From: Hydrolagus affinis
Lineage: Eukaryota
Assembly: GCA_012026655.1 (NCBI GenBank)
Contig: JAAILG010002141.1
Location: 1 to 57,426, forward strand
Length of the DNA: 57,426 nucleotides
Reading direction: 5' to 3'
Shown here: in pieces, positions 28,241 through 40,469 of the stretch
Layout of the letters: each line of letters starts with the position of its first letter
How positions within the stretch are numbered: the stretch's first letter is position 1
Program-made: the position numbers and the translations under genes
The notes under the pieces: model-generated
Seen by the model: only the letters and a program-made list of their open reading frames with translations
Database searches by the model: none
Told to the model about the DNA's origin: nothing

Positions 28241-28518
28241 TTAGTTAGTCATCTTCAGAATCGTGATACAATTCTTCATTCCTGTTTTGTGTTTGTCTGA
28301 AGTATTTCAATCCTTTTTTATGATGGCCTAGAACCTTAGAATCGAAACAATGCATTATTGCACTGCTAATTTCAAAAACTAATCATTTGGTATTTCCACT
28401 AAGGTCCAAGTCAGTTCAGTTTGGAATGATTTGGCATGAAACAGATTTTTCTTTTGAAATATGTCAAGTTATTTCGCCTGCTTTATAAATTGTATTTCAT
28501 TCCCAGTTGTAGATCTAC

Positions 28519-28692
28519 AATAATAATCCTTGCATTTATTATAGTGCATTATCACATCTTTAAAACATCTAATGTGCTTCATAGAATATACTGTAAAGTG
28601 AATTGACTGTATATTTTGTGGGCAAAACACGGCAGCCATTGGTACACAGCAGTATTCCACATCCAGGGAATGAGTGACCAATTTATTATTTT
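28519..28692 (-). mobile_element. SINE 3' half, (TTA)n-tail family
   Basis: Same motifs as 43850-44030. Confidence 0.85.
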
Positions 28693-30160
28693 TTACTCGA
28701 CCACTTTGTTTACTCCCTGACTGTAATTGCAGGCACCCACCTACACCTAGATTCCTGCTTATATCATTCTTGAGTGTGTAACAATGCTCTGGCAATAAAT
28801 GACTGAGAGAGTTCTATAGAAAATAAAGTGTTAATTATGGTTGGTCTATTTCAATTCTCAAACCTTCCACAATGGATAAATAAGAAGCAATAAATAATAA
28901 AATCCATGGGCATGGAGCGATGCTGCGCCTGGGCTGAATCACATTGCTGGGCTAATGCTTTGGCTCCAGTAAACAAACAAGCTAAACCATTCTTGAAATC
29001 AATATAAGCGACTTTTTTGTATGGAATCTGCAGGTATCATTAATGGCAATAACAGACTCCTTACTCACTGATTTATAAGTGCACTTGCTGTAAGTGACCA
29101 AACTCAATTGAGCAATGCATAAAACAGATGAGAGAAGAGATTCTTAATTGCACTTTGCTGGTGAGGAGATTGCCCAATCTATGCAGTGCTGGGGCAAATA
29201 CACTAATATCAAATTACATTTAATCCAGATGTCTTTAACGATTGTACAAAGTATTGCAAGATAGGAACCTGACAGAGCCATTTCATGAGAGAGGAGTTTT
29301 CAAGTGTTGGTACATCATATTTTGAAGCGACACATAAACAATTAACAACAGCAAGACAGCTGTAAGATATAAACATCTTGAGCTGCTGTATCTCAAAATG
29401 GCTTCAGCATTTATGAATGTCTCAAGTGCTTAAATTTAATAAAGCATTGAACTTTAATTACTTAGGGTTATATTTGTTTATTTTAAATAATTAAGCAATT
29501 TAATCATTTCATTTTTAATATCAAAGTAAGTTCCATTGTGAATTATAAATCCACAAGGTTTTTTGCAAGTGAAACTTCATTAAAAGTGTAACATTCAAAA
29601 TAATTTTTTTTACACTTCATCCCTTCAATTGGATACAGGATTTCCCTGATTTAATAGACTGCTCCAGTTGAAAAGGTATTCAAGATATGCATCTTATATC
29701 TCAAATATTCAGTTAGAGTTATCAGTATGGCCCATGACATCTTCCAAGGGGACATTTACTCATGAAGAGGTCATTACAATGTAATTTGTTGATTTGCCTG
29801 AATTGTTGATGACAGCTTTTAATAATAGACCTTTTTAACTGTTGAGACAGATAAATTAGATTGTACACATAACAGTTGAGTGTAGAAATCCCCTTCCTTG
29901 AACAGGTGAAAAAATAATAATCTTAGTGTGTGAAGCAAGAGATTAAATAAGTGAGTTGAAAATTCTATAGGTGATTTGATTGTGATTGTTACTAGTTTGG
30001 ATAACACTGTTGTGGATGTGGACATGTCGGTGTTTTCTTTTTCCATTGAAAGTAATAGCTGAGAACATATAGCTAAGCAGCAGCATACCTTGGGAGAGAT
30101 ATAATTTGGTAGCCCTGTCACTTTCTCAATGTTACACAGTGACACATAAAAGGGAATGGG

Positions 30161-30307
30161 CTTTGCGTAAATTGGCTGCCATGTTCATTTACAAATTCAG
30201 TCACTAAAATTTAAAATCCTAAAATTTAATATCCACTTCTAAATTTAAAGTGCTTCGAAACATCCTACTGATGAAAGCCACTATTATGAATGCGAGGATT
30301 ATTATTA
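30161..30307 (+). mobile_element. Degraded SINE 3' fragment
   Basis: aattggctgccatgtt...aagtgcttcgaaacatcc...gaatgcgaggattattatta. Confidence 0.65.
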
Positions 30308-32239
30308 GGAATAATACTGAGAAATCAAGGATAATTGTAATCCCAAATTCATTGCAACAATCACCTGCATAAGCAGAAATAACCTGCTCAAGTTCTCAAG
30401 GACTAAACCAAAACTGATGACCTTCTCCCGATTGAACTGAACAAGATATTGTTGAAATGCTCTCACAAAGCCCCAGTGTGGTTGCTTGTAAAACATTTAA
30501 TTTGCATATTTTTTAAAGGGAACAATAATACTTTGAATATCTTTTTCTGTTTGTCATAAGTTTTATTATGTATATCATTAAAATTTCCATCTGAAAAAGA
30601 AAGATAGGTTTATCCTGCATAAACCTTGATCAGAACACAACCAACTGGAACCATGTACCGTATTCCTAGAATCTAGTAGCTCCAGATTAGATACAATGCC
30701 AATTTGAAACATCTGTTCCCAGTAAAGCAAGTGGAACCACTCAAGGAAAGATCACGCTCCTCTCCTAACATTCAGCACCAGATCTGACTTGATGAAAAGA
30801 AAAGCAGGTTGAGCAAAGTGTTGAATCTGAACATTCCTTGCCAGAAGTACAAGATATATTAATAAATGTATTTTTTGACTACGGACAGGGGGAATATTTA
30901 AAACAAAACATATTCTCCACTCTGCAATTTTATTTTTCCTTTAACATGTATATTTCCTACGGAGTTTTTTCATCGTTAATTGCTTGCCTAAAATGTAATT
31001 TAATTGGAATATGTCACAGTGATCCCACTTCAAACAAGTGACTTCTGAGTTACTTGAAATCATGTTCCACAGGTCGTCATCGTGCAGTCTCTAGACTCAT
31101 TCATTTCAATCCATTGTCATCTCCTAAAGCTAACCCCATTGAGTTACACTTTCTGACTTAACCCACTGCCAAGATTCTGATAATGTTATTCTTGAACTGG
31201 CTATTATGAGTACCAAGTAGCTATCCTAGGTTGATTTGGCAGATGTTTGGCTTTTATGGAACTTGCCTTAATGGATAAATACTTACTTCTGTGTTGGCTC
31301 CTCTCCCAGTTCGCTGGCTATGTGGAATTAGAAATTGCTTGCTAGGGGGCATGGTGAGCTAAATCCTACAATAAACCAATACAGCATGTATTTATTTTCA
31401 TTTAGAAGCAGAGGAAACTAAATAAATTACAATTTGCACAAAACAGCAAGACAATAAATAAATGAAGCATGGAAACTATTAAAGATTTTACACTCAATAA
31501 AGGCCTTTCTGCTGGGTTTGTGCTAATTATCTACTGCTTGTACAACAAGTCTTTGTGTCAGAATCAGACTTTTACTGTCAATCATCAAAGTGGATCACGT
31601 GGTTTTGTACATGTACTGTCATTGATGTATTGACACTTTGTTTCTATTTCATTTCACTACCAGCCTCACAAGATTAATTAGATGTGGAATTCTGAAGACA
31701 AAAGTCAACCCGTTGCCACATCTAATTTTCAGTATAACATTAGATTGAAAGAGTAAAAGTATATCTTCATGTCTATTATGATATCTTGTAACAACAGAGA
31801 AATACTACATTGACATTTACAGTATTTTTATTCTGTTAACAGGCTTCTAAGTGCACATGGCTGGAGTCCTTTTTATCGCATTCAATTGTATTGTTCATTT
31901 GGACAACTGGACATTTAGCTAAATCTTACAAGCTTTATTTTATGTGTGTGGGATGGGTGGAGGTCTCAATTGATTGTAATGGAACTTTATTGTACACTAA
32001 CATCATATCTGCCCTATTGTGATTTTACATGTTTTATACTATTGGTTTTGTGCACATTACCACGAGCCAGCTCCATTCAGACTCAGATAAGCAATAATGT
32101 AAAATACTAAAAGAACTGAGGCACAGTTTGACTGCAAAACAACAGCACAAAACATCATTCACTTTAGATTTTTTTGATGAATCAGTTTTTTTTAATAAAG
32201 ATTCCAATTTAATGTTTCCTTTTGATACATTGAGGAGCC

Positions 32240-32374
32240 AATTCCCCAATTATCTGTAAAAAAAAATCTATGGATCTAGGCTGTATAAGTTTCTAATGGG
32301 AAATCTATTATCTATTTCCCATTAGAGTCTCACACACTCACAAGTTCAGTAAAATTACAGACAAGCGGAGAATT
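32240..32374. repeat. Degenerate palindromic (MITE-like) element, about 135 bp
   Basis: Inner perfect 13-bp inverted repeat tctaatgggaaat (32292-32304) / atttcccattaga (32314-32326). Outer arms 32240-32259 and 32355-32374 match 16/20 and share almost the same centre. Confidence 0.55.
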
Positions 32375-32380
32375 TCATGT

Positions 32381-32970
32381 AACAAAAACAGAAATCGCTG
32401 GGAAATCACTCAGATCAGGCAGGATCTATGGAAAGTGCGTCAACGTTTCGGGTCCACGACCCACATGTTGGGAGGGAGAGGCTTTTAAAGAGGAACAGAG
32501 AGGGAGAGGCAGGGCAAGAAAGACAAAGGAGAGAATGGGATAGATGGCAGGAGATGATGGGTTAAAGAGGTGTTAATGTTGTGAAACAAAAAGGGGAATT
32601 GCAACAAACCGGTTTCGTTTGTTGAAATGACCTATTGGTTTCGTGCCATTGCAACCTTCCTTCCCATTCGCAATCTGACCTCTCTATTCACGGTCTTCGA
32701 TGCTGTTCCAGTGAACCACAGTCAAGCTCGAGGAACAGCACCTTATCTACCCCATTTCCTCCTTTGTCTTCCTTGCCCTGCCTCTCCCTCTCTGTTAATC
32801 CTTAAAAGCCTCTCCCTCCCAATATGCCCCAGTTCTGACGAAGGGTCGTGGACCCGAAACATTGACTCACTTTTCATTTCTCCATAGATGCTGCCTGATG
32901 TGCTGAGTGTTCCCAATGACTTTTTTTTGTTTCAGATTTCCAGCATCTGCAGTATTTGGGGTTTTTGTTA
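32381..32970 (+). mobile_element. Penelope-like retroelement remnant: inverted pLTRs, GIY-YIG C-terminal fragment, 13-bp TSD
   Basis: TSD gagaatttcatgt at 32368-32380 and 32971-32983. Arms about 32381-32545 and 32745-32930 are inverted copies. 32647-32747 translates HCNLPSHSQSDLSIHGLRCCSSEPQ/frameshift/KLEEQHLI, resembling PLE endonuclease C-termini. The right arm carries an extra tail tcagatttccagcatctgcagt. Confidence 0.9.
32831..32867 (+). ncRNA. Minimal type I hammerhead ribozyme motif in the Penelope pLTR (probably mutated)
   Basis: agtt-CTGACGA(32835-32841)-a-gggtc-gtg-gaccc-GAAA(32856-32859)-c-att-gact. Stem II gggtc/gaccc; stem I agtt/gact. The stem III palindrome acgt reads acat here but is intact in the inverted copy at 32441-32462. 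Confidence 0.75.
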
Positions 32971-34439
32971 GAGAATTTCATGTTCTCACGCACCCAAGAT
33001 TTGTAATGTTACCAATGACCCACAACATAAGATAATTCCATTCCTCAAAGAATTTCTAGTTGTAATTATTTCCCCCCCCCCCCCGATAGTATGAGTATCC
33101 TGCAATCCAGAGTCCTCAGTTCCTGTACCAAGCTGAAAATAGCCACTAGGAGGTGCACAAGAGCAATAGAGTACTACTGTACTGTAGTTTTAATTAGTTG
33201 CCAAAACCAGTTTGTTCCATTGGACAAAACACTTCTAAAATGTTTCATTCACTTTTTGAAATGAATGATATATTCTAAAAGAAGAAATGGAATGATATTC
33301 AAAAGATTAAAAAAAACCTGGATGAAATAATTACAATATGTGGGAAAAAGAAAGAATATGTGGAAACTATAAAGTAATTTAAAATGTATTGAAAGTTCTG
33401 ATGTTTGAATTTATTACTGCAATATAGGTGATTTTTAAGTCACAGTGTGGTGCGCAAGCTGAAAATGTTGAAGCACTAAAACCCTAGCAAGAAGTAGGAG
33501 CTTCCATTTCTTTGCAATCAAATTCCTTTTTAAAAAAAACTTTAATGTTAAATCTTTCTACAATGTTCACATGTTCTATATGTTCTGCAATTTATAATTT
33601 TACTTAATATAGAGCAGAGAATATGCTTGCCTCTAGGAGGTTTTAACGGTTGGCTTCAAGTTGCATTTGCAGAATCTTCATGGGGAAAATGGGTAATGAC
33701 TGCCAAAGATCAATAATTGCTGAATAAAACACTCCCAAGTCTATCTCAGAGAATGAGAATGTACAGAATTTAAATTGATGCAATACATCATACAGGCACA
33801 GCAAAAGTCACAAGATAATTAAAAATAATAGTACATAACACTTTCACACTCCCCCAAAGAGCTTGCAGTATCTACTATTGACAATGAAATTTACAGCTGC
33901 ACAATTTCCCTAGGAAATCAATCAAGGGCAATGGGATTAAAGTCACTGCATAGGCTAGGATTCAGACATTTTAAAGAATTACTAAATGGCAAACAAACAG
34001 ACCTTTTTTATTCTAGAAAAATAGGAAAAGTAAAAAGGTAACAATTTGTCTACAAGAAAGTCTTGTTTGAAAACAATCGGGAGACAATGATAAGTGATAG
34101 AACTAGACTGACAGCACTGTCAATTTGATGCAACTCTTCAATTGAAGCAATTCTTGTCGATGAGTCACATGTTTGTCCTACATTGGGACATTATTCAAAC
34201 CTACAATGGGACATTGTCAAGGCTGGGCCTGCCCCAGGTGTAGTAGGGGGAACCCCTAGCCAGAGATGTTGCCTTTGAGATGAAAGTTCAAACCATGTCC
34301 TTACCTGCCTGTTCAGGTCAAAGATTGCAACATCACTATTCACAAGTGTTTTGTTGTGACCAACAATCCTCCAGATTAATTGATCATTTGTTTGCCTATT
34401 AGTGAGAGCAAGCTAGCTCAAATGGCTGGCCTATCAACA

Positions 34440-35005
34440 CAGACTTGGCTCAGTTAGATGCACACTTCATTCTAAGTCAAATGCCGAACTTTAATGTCCT
34501 ACTTACTCTCCAGTATTGGAGAAGCACTGCATTGTTTGAGGCATATCCTTCCTTCAAATGAGGTATTAAACCAAATAATAAATTGGTCGCTTCAATCCAT
34601 GACTGCTTGTGGGACACTGCTGTGCGCAATTGGCTGTCTAGTTTCGCCCACAAATATGCAGTCGATTCACTTTACAGTATATTCTGTGAAGTGCTTTGAG
34701 ACATCTAGAGGAAAGCGCTATATCAAATGCAAGGATTATTATGATTAAAGTTCCATCCATCTGTTCAGGTGGGTGTTAAATATCTCATGGCACTATTGAA
34801 ATGGAGTATCTCCTGGTAACTTGATCAACAAATCTTCAAGGTGAGAAATTGGTTGTTCACTTTATAATTATTGGTGATCGTTATACACAAATTGGCTGCC
34901 ATGTTTGTCCAGAAATATCAAAAACTGTGATATTTTCATCTTACTGTATACAGATGTAATTTTGTTGTTGTATAGGCTCTATATCAAATAAAAGGATTGT
35001 CATTA
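34440..35005 (+). mobile_element. Old Deu-type SINE interrupted by a younger SINE 3' half at about 34575-34746
   Basis: The Deu core ...aaatgaggtattaaaccaaa | aaagttccatccatctgttcaggtgggtgttaaatatctcatggcactattgaa... is split by a well-conserved (TTA)n-family fragment. Another Deu-core remnant lies at about 34262-34395. Confidence 0.75.
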
Positions 35006-36678
35006 AATCTTAACAGTAATTAACTATGAAGTGCCTTGAGACATTTTGATGTGATAAGGAACAATAAAAGTGCAAGTTTATCCTTAGTTGACTTGCATTT
35101 GTGGAACAGATGGTGTTTTATTTCTATAATGACATATCAATTTTTAAACATTGGAACTGACCACAATCTAATCTACCTTGGAAAATGCTGCTGTAAAAGT
35201 AATTTACTAAGGAGACCTGCAGTGAATAAGATTCCCGCATTGCACAGCAGACCTGGTGTATCATTCTTTGCAAATATTAATAGAGACATGCCCCATAACT
35301 TACCGATAAGTATTATCTGTTTGGGGTCTAAGATAAAACTCCATCTAGCCACGCTGCCAAGAATGACGTGTGTTATGTAACATCGGTACTGAACATCTAC
35401 TCACCTTACAACATGTAACTTCGATATAGGAAACATGTACGTTAATTGGATGTACCTAAGGGTTGCAGGTCCATATCCATCTACCTGTCTGTGTGCTGTT
35501 CCACACTTGTAGCTACTATTATCTCATTGCAAGATGCCCTTGGGCTAATATGTGGCTCTTCCTATCCACTGAAGCAGATTAAAAGATCAGGAAAATCAAA
35601 TCGGAGAACAAAACAATGTTTCAAACTAGACATTTTAGAAATAGATCCCAAGGCTGGTTTGGCTGCTCTGATAAAGTAGATTTAAAGAAATCATTCTGTG
35701 ATGGTCGTGAATATCCAGCATTCTCTGCACATCTTAATCCAGGTCACATTTATATTCTCCCTCAGCTCACAACTTTCACAACTAATAAGTGTCTCTGACA
35801 GGCAATGACCCGTCACAGCTCTTCTGAGCCTTTCTACAAGATGTTGCTTCAACATAAAGATGCAATTGGAGTCTAAAAGTCCTGGATATCTAATGAGAAA
35901 ACTGCCACTCACTTCATTTCCCTCTTCCTCTCCTTTTCATTTCCTAATGAAGGGAGTAAGTGTTGTTTTGCAGCTGTAATTCAACAGCTCGATTTCCTCT
36001 TCTCTGATATTTGTCATCATTAAGAATTAGATACCTGGTTAGAATATTAACATTCTACCTTCCGAACACCAGCAAGTCACTAGTGAGGATGCAGTCATTT
36101 ACAGAGCCTCAGCATCTAACTCATCCCTGACAAATGATGATAGAGAATTACAAACAGAGGATTAGGGAGAAACATTCAATTTACTATCCGCATAAAGACC
36201 TTGTTGTTTTCTTTGAGAACAAATATAAACTATAGGCTGCATGGAGCAATGAGCCACAAGGGTTTTATAAATGTAACAGAAAAAGTAATACAGCTATTGA
36301 AACAAGCAGAGATACTGCCTGCAATGTTGATCATAGGGTACTACAACTCATTCACTCTCTGGCACTTTGATTGCTGGTCATGTTGCTAACCATTGAAGAT
36401 ATCAGAAAGGATTCCCTCTGCCTGCGTTTTATTAAGAGCTAAAGTATAACAAGTCATGCCCACCGCATTATCATTCCAGCTCACCACAATCACAATTTCA
36501 GCTCTCCCAATGTTACTCCAGTTCCCCACTTCCTCCATTGTTACTCCAGGACCCTCACCCACACTTACCCCTTCCCAAACAAACAGATACAGTTACGCAC
36601 ACACACCGTTCTACAATATTAAATGAGTTCAGAGAGGTGTATGGCACAAGACACTTGTCAATCATGTTCAGCACTGAC

Positions 36679-36884
36679 CTCGTTGATAAAAACTTGGGCC
36701 CCACGTGGGCTCAGTAGGAGGATGGCTCGGCGCAGTGTGTCCCTGTAGCGGTTCAGCTCTTCAGTTTTCATCGTGGTGAAGAGGCTGGAGAAGATTCGAC
36801 TGATATTCCTATCAATTCTCTGCAGAGACACGTCCAGCCCCTGGCGAGAGGCTTGATCTAGGAAACCCTGCAATCCTCGAATAT
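36679..36884 (-). CDS. GRID1: Internal coding exon of glutamate receptor ionotropic delta-1 (GluD1), amino-terminal domain; likely equivalent to human exon 4
   Basis: Translates as (D)[68 protein letters not shown]. This matches GluD1 as I recall it ([69 protein letters not shown]) much better than GluD2. Acceptor tttcaccAG|AT ATT CGA (AG at 36886-36885, phase 1); donor GAG|GTCAGT (GT at 36678-36677, phase 0). Length 206 nt; the NIS glycosylation sequon is retained. Confidence 0.95.
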
Positions 36885-37769
36885 CTGGTGAAACAATCAC
36901 GAGGCAAAAAGTTTTAATTCAAGGATGTTCCTCAAGCTCTGGTTCTGGTTGAACAACACATTATAAGTATTGGAAGCAGAAACCAGCAAAATGATACGAT
37001 AAATATCATCGTATTTCCACCCATGACTTTGAGAATTATCTGGTCAACCTTCTTTGTGTGAAGATACTTATCATACCTCCCCACTGGCCAGAATTAATCC
37101 TTTATTTGTTTCCCTCTGTGCACAATTTTTCATTACTTTGCTGTGTCTTTAGGCTCCCTATGTACACACAACAAGAGCGTGGGCAGCTGGCCTGCACCTG
37201 TGCTTCTGTAACAGCTGGTATGAGAATGGTGACCAGCCTGGGTTGACGCTAATGTTTCCTTTCCTGTGGAGCAATGCCACACTTCTGCTCTGCCATCATG
37301 TCTTAGACTGAGATCAGGGGTTGAGCTGTGTACAATATACAGTGAATATAAATTGAACCTATTTTTGTTACTCTTGGCATATTCTCTACATTATACTTCA
37401 TCTCTAGTAAGATGGTTTCCAATAATACCAGCATGAAAGCAGCCCCTGGGCCTCACTCGCTCTCTTTCCTGATGTATGGGAGACCAAATTACAGCTGAGA
37501 CAAGGTTTTTAAGGAAAAGCGATATATAAAATAATCACAAAACAGCGGAACAATAAACAACTGGAGGATATATAAAGATTTTACGCTCAATACTTGCTGG
37601 ATTTCTTCTAGTTGCCTGCTGCTTTACAGCAAGTCAGTTTTATGTCAGAACCAGACCCATGTTGTCCATCGCTAAGGTGGACACATTGTATTGCACTTAT
37701 ATTGTCTTGTGTTGATTGATGCTTTATTCTATTAGCAATCCTATAAATCAATAAATTATCCTATAAAAT

Positions 37770-37868
37770 ACACTCACAGGATTCACAGTAAGTCCTGTGA
37801 AGTGCTTTGAGACGTCCTGCCAACGGGAAAGGTGGTATATCAAAAGCAATTATTGCTTATTTATAATT
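37770..37868 (+). mobile_element. SINE/L2-type 3' tail fragment
   Basis: cacagtaagtcctgtgaagtgctttgagacgtcctgccaacgggaaaggtggtatatcaaaagcaa. Confidence 0.7.
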
Positions 37869-38531
37869 ACACTGAGGATTCTGAATGCAGAAGCCTGCAT
37901 GTTTCCCAGGTCTAATTTTCAGCATGATGGATTCAATGAATCAAGGTGAGTACAAGGAAGTCCTTAAGACTGTAGCATGACTTTGTAAATATCATCTTGT
38001 ATTTATTAAGTTTGTCCAGTGGATAGACAATAATCGTGTTTATTTTATTCTGTTACAGACCAGTTTAGCTAACCTGGATCTTTTTTCTGACATTCAATAG
38101 GACCACTATCTATTCGTTGAATTGAATGTAACTTATTTGATCTAGTTGCCTTTTAACTGAGTCAAATTTATCTTTATTGTTAACTTACTCCCATGGAGTA
38201 ATTTATTTTTCCTTTGACTTTTTATATAGAAATTGTTTACTTCTATTACTTTATCTCGTTGAGTGGAAAACAATCTCAGCCAATACCCCCAGCTATTTAG
38301 CACATTGTCTAATACTGCTGGGTTGTTCCTCTGTAACACATGGCATAATATAAAGCCATGGAGCAAGACAATCCCCGGTTCTGGTTTGAGGGCTCTAATT
38401 ACACCTGCATTTACTAGCAGTGTACCAGAACTCAGGAGACATCATTCTGAATAATCCATTAACAGGAAAGAGGTAGAGGTACTGCAGTAAGTTAAATGAC
38501 CTAATTTCTGCAGTATAATTTACATTAGAAC

Positions 38532-38588
38532 AAACAATAACAACAACAAAATTACATTTATAGAGTGCCTTTCACATCTGGAGGACTG
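38532..38588 (-). mobile_element. Solo L2 3' tail
   Basis: (caa)n-aattacatttatagagtgcctttcacatctggaggac, nearly identical to 50724-50775. Confidence 0.8.
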
Positions 38589-40469
38589 AAAAGAGAACAA
38601 TGAAAGATATAAAAATATGACATAAGAATAATAATTGGTTAAGAATATTGATAGATGAAAAACATTGTAAGATAGGTACCCATATAATTATAAATAGCAC
38701 ATTTGGAACAATGGGAAAAATCAAGAGGGAGTGTCACTGCAGGCTAGTTAGGATTCCATGGTTTAACTAATGTTACAGTACATTAGCCTAAAATTTGGAA
38801 TAAGAATAGAATTAGGTTTTCATGCTGTAATGAATGAATAAACCCTATTTCATAGACGATTTCAATAGACATGTGTCTTATTGCTTGGGTCCATGAGCAG
38901 TAAAGTAATTAGTATTAAGAGCATGGTTTTGCTGTCGTTTGTTTCATCTTAAAATAGTGTTACAATACACTAACCTCCAATTTAGAATACGTAAGGGATT
39001 ATTTAAGGCTCTGTAATTTGAGATTTACTATAAATAGTGATTTGGAACGTAAGCAGCTTTCAGTTTGTTTCTGTGAGGATATTTCACAGTCGAGCTAAGG
39101 ATCGACTGCTGTAACAATGAGCAAGATCAATGGTGTGGGATGAAAAACAATTCAATGTCTGTTAACCTTATTATGTGAAGGTGTGTCTGAATCGGTCTCT
39201 TGAGCTATGATTAAAAACTATTCCTTTTTTTAATGACAAAACACTAGCTCTTGTAGTCAGTCTGGGATGTAATCTTATGCCATGTTAAAAAAACACAGAT
39301 AGGAAAATCAGATAATTCAAGTATATCATTGTGAACACCGCAGGTCTTATTTCTGCATCCTACATCAAGCTTGTGTGCAGCAAATACCAAAAAGGCATTT
39401 AGGATTGCATAAATTGTTCCGGCAACAAACAATTTATTTTTGTTTAGGGTGGGTCCACTCAAAGCAGTGTATTTGCCCTCACCTTCCTTGGAATGGATTC
39501 GTCTGTGTAGATAAATGTAATACTTATTATTCAGTAGAACTGGTATTCAACCTGGAACCATCAGACCATTGCCTTGTTCAGTCCAGTGGCTATGCTGTTA
39601 GTTTGTTATGATGTTAATTTTCTGCTCAATTATTTAGCCTTTTGGTGCACCAAAAATATCAAGGTAAGAGACCCGAAAGTAATGCTTAGCATTTTTTTTA
39701 ACCATGAGAGCTAGTTGTTTGAGGCGTCTATCCACTCTGGTTGAAGTTTGTGGTTACGGTATTTAATATAAGAGCTACATAGTTACTTTACGATCTTTGT
39801 TCTAGCAATACGTGATCCTTAAAGAGCTCCTTTAGGCATCAATGTGGTGTTTCTTTTTACACAGGGTATATATAGTATAGAAGGAGAGGACACCATTTGG
39901 AAGCAATAATCCTTGCAGTGGTCTAATTTAAACAGTACGATTGAAACCACATTTTTGCAACTTGTTCTTTCAGTTGGGTAAATCTCATTTTACAGTTCAA
40001 GAATTCACTTGTATTCTAACAGATGGAAACTGGCTGCACGGTGACTCAGTCGTTCAACTGGCTCACTCCTTAACTACAAGCTAAACAGGGAGGTTTTGAC
40101 TCTGAGTTTGAATCCTGAGGCTGCCCGTTGCACAAATTATTTTGGCTTCAATTGGGTGAATCCCAGGCACATCAGATTTAGAATTGATCAACTAAAAATG
40201 GAATTAAACTTTAGGACTATGGTCAAGAAGCAACTTTGTTTTGCAGAAATAATGATGATCCTTCTTTGATCTCCTGTGACATATAGTTCTTAACTGGAAG
40301 ATGATCTGCAAATTCCATATAATGTTGACAAAATATAAATACTGTTATATTCTTTAGTTTTGGCACATTTACACTACTTTTGACTTTTTAATTCTCTTTG
40401 TCCTCATCCACTGGCTATATGATGGATCATTATATGTGTGGTCTGTTTAAAATATGGGTAACTTAAGTT

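Larger units (their letters stand above)
1..36678 (-). other. GRID1: GRID1 intron downstream of the exon (at least 36.7 kb, continues beyond the window)
   Basis: Begins at the GT donor at 36678. By eye I did not find the expected short next exon (AVETNLASKDSHWVFVNE-like); a short diverged exon could have been missed. Confidence 0.75.

Noticed and set aside
36658-36900. 80-aa ORF as a standalone small gene or truncated GluD1 isoform ending VSAEHD*
   Set aside because: The ends MIVSP and VSAEHD are intron read-through beyond canonical splice sites. The downstream AATAAA (36433-36428, minus strand) is expected by chance in AT-rich DNA.
40030-40130. Possible V-SINE/HE1-like head (similar weak remnant at about 16320-16420)
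   Set aside because: Too degenerate to support by eye.
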